Shown here: positions 5,268-5,594 of the stretch, in pieces | Numbering within the stretch: position 1 is the first letter of the stretch | Layout: each line of letters begins with the position of its first letter | Sequence record: NZ_CP036552.1 | Direction: 5' to 3' (one strand) | Length of the DNA: 5,594 bases | DNA from: a plasmid | Program-made: the position numbers and the translations under genes | Notes under the pieces: model-generated | Database searches by the model: none | What the model was told of the DNA's origin: nothing | The model's input: only the letters and a program-made list of their open reading frames with translations

Positions 5268-5353
5268 GGTTATAGCACACTATAACCCCTAAAGGGGTTG
5301 TGTGCGAGGGTTGTCCCCTCGACCCCGTGCGATGTGACGTTTCACGCCACATC
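5268..5353. other. Candidate oriT: a cluster of consecutive/overlapping inverted repeats 36 bp upstream of the relaxase start
   Basis: The repeats are GGTTATAG-CACA-CTATAACC (5268-5287), AACCCCT-AA-AGGGGTT (5284-5299), CGAGGG-TTGTC-CCCTCG (5305-5321) and GATGTGACG-TTTCA-CGCCACATC (5331-5353, one mismatch). There is also a direct repeat GGGTTGT at 5295 and 5308, and a GTGTG tract at 5300-5304. Confidence 0.45.
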
Positions 5354-5388
5354 TTCTAAACAGACATACACACCTAAAACCTAAAGAT

Positions 5389-5594
5389 ATGGCAAAGACA
5401 TGTATCAGAGTGGAAGCCTGCAATATAGGCAGCTCGGAACGTCACAACTTAAGAAGCAAGGAGCTCGACTACATCCGTCCGGAACTCACACACCGCAACG
5501 AACAGTGGGTAGAATGTTCCATTGCCGAAGTACATCGGGACATAACGGAAAAATACAAGGAAGCCACCGGACAAGGATTACAGAAGAAAGCTAC
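5389..5594 (+). CDS. MobV/Mob_Pre-like relaxase, N-terminal 68 codons (3'-truncated by the window edge; continues at position 1 if circular)
   Basis: ATG at 5389-5391, open to the end of the window. MAKTCIRVEACNIGSSERHNLRSKELDYIRPELTHRNEQW carries HNLR at residues 19-22, corresponding to motif I (HxxR, catalytic His region) of the pMV158 MobM/Pre family. An N-x-(E/Q) motif-II-like segment follows. Confidence 0.65.
   Translation, partial: MAKTCIRVEACNIGSSERHNLRSKELDYIRPELTHRNEQWVECSIAEVHRDITEKYKEATGQGLQKKA

Noticed and set aside
1-5594. CRISPR arrays, rRNA or tRNA genes, IS elements
   Set aside because: No short regularly spaced direct repeats, no rRNA- or tRNA-like conserved segments and no transposase-like ORFs are visible. 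The only HUH protein is better read as a plasmid Rep.

Overview
The window reads as one small AT-rich replicon of the Bacteroides/Bacteroidota type, recognised by recurring TAnnTTTG -7 promoter motifs, lipoprotein signal peptides and the absence of Shine-Dalgarno sequences on most genes. The two ends of the window are the two halves of a single relaxase gene, in frame across the junction. The 5,594 bp therefore most plausibly represent a complete, circularly permuted mobilizable rolling-circle plasmid (or the excised circular form of a mobilizable element) linearised inside mob. Going round the circle: a MobV/Mob_Pre-type relaxase runs from 5389 through the wrap to 1045 on the + strand. It is followed by a hairpin terminator, two divergently transcribed lipoprotein cargo genes (1115-1885 on -, 1977-2438 on +), and a Rep_1/pC194-like HUH rolling-circle initiator (2442-3491 on -). 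The rep 5' region has face-to-face promoters and a candidate countertranscript RNA. A ~490-bp non-coding block (3492-3985) holds GC-rich palindromes, a 20-bp direct repeat pair and a strong bidirectional terminator. A three-gene minus-strand operon follows: mazE (4735-4983), mazF (4421-4741) and an unplaced 132-aa ORF (3986-4384). Two GTTATAAC palindromes bracket the operon's promoter. A GC-rich stem-loop cluster (5268-5353) lies just upstream of mob and is a candidate oriT. All family assignments come from motif recognition by eye. No database search, gene-finder or folding program was run.
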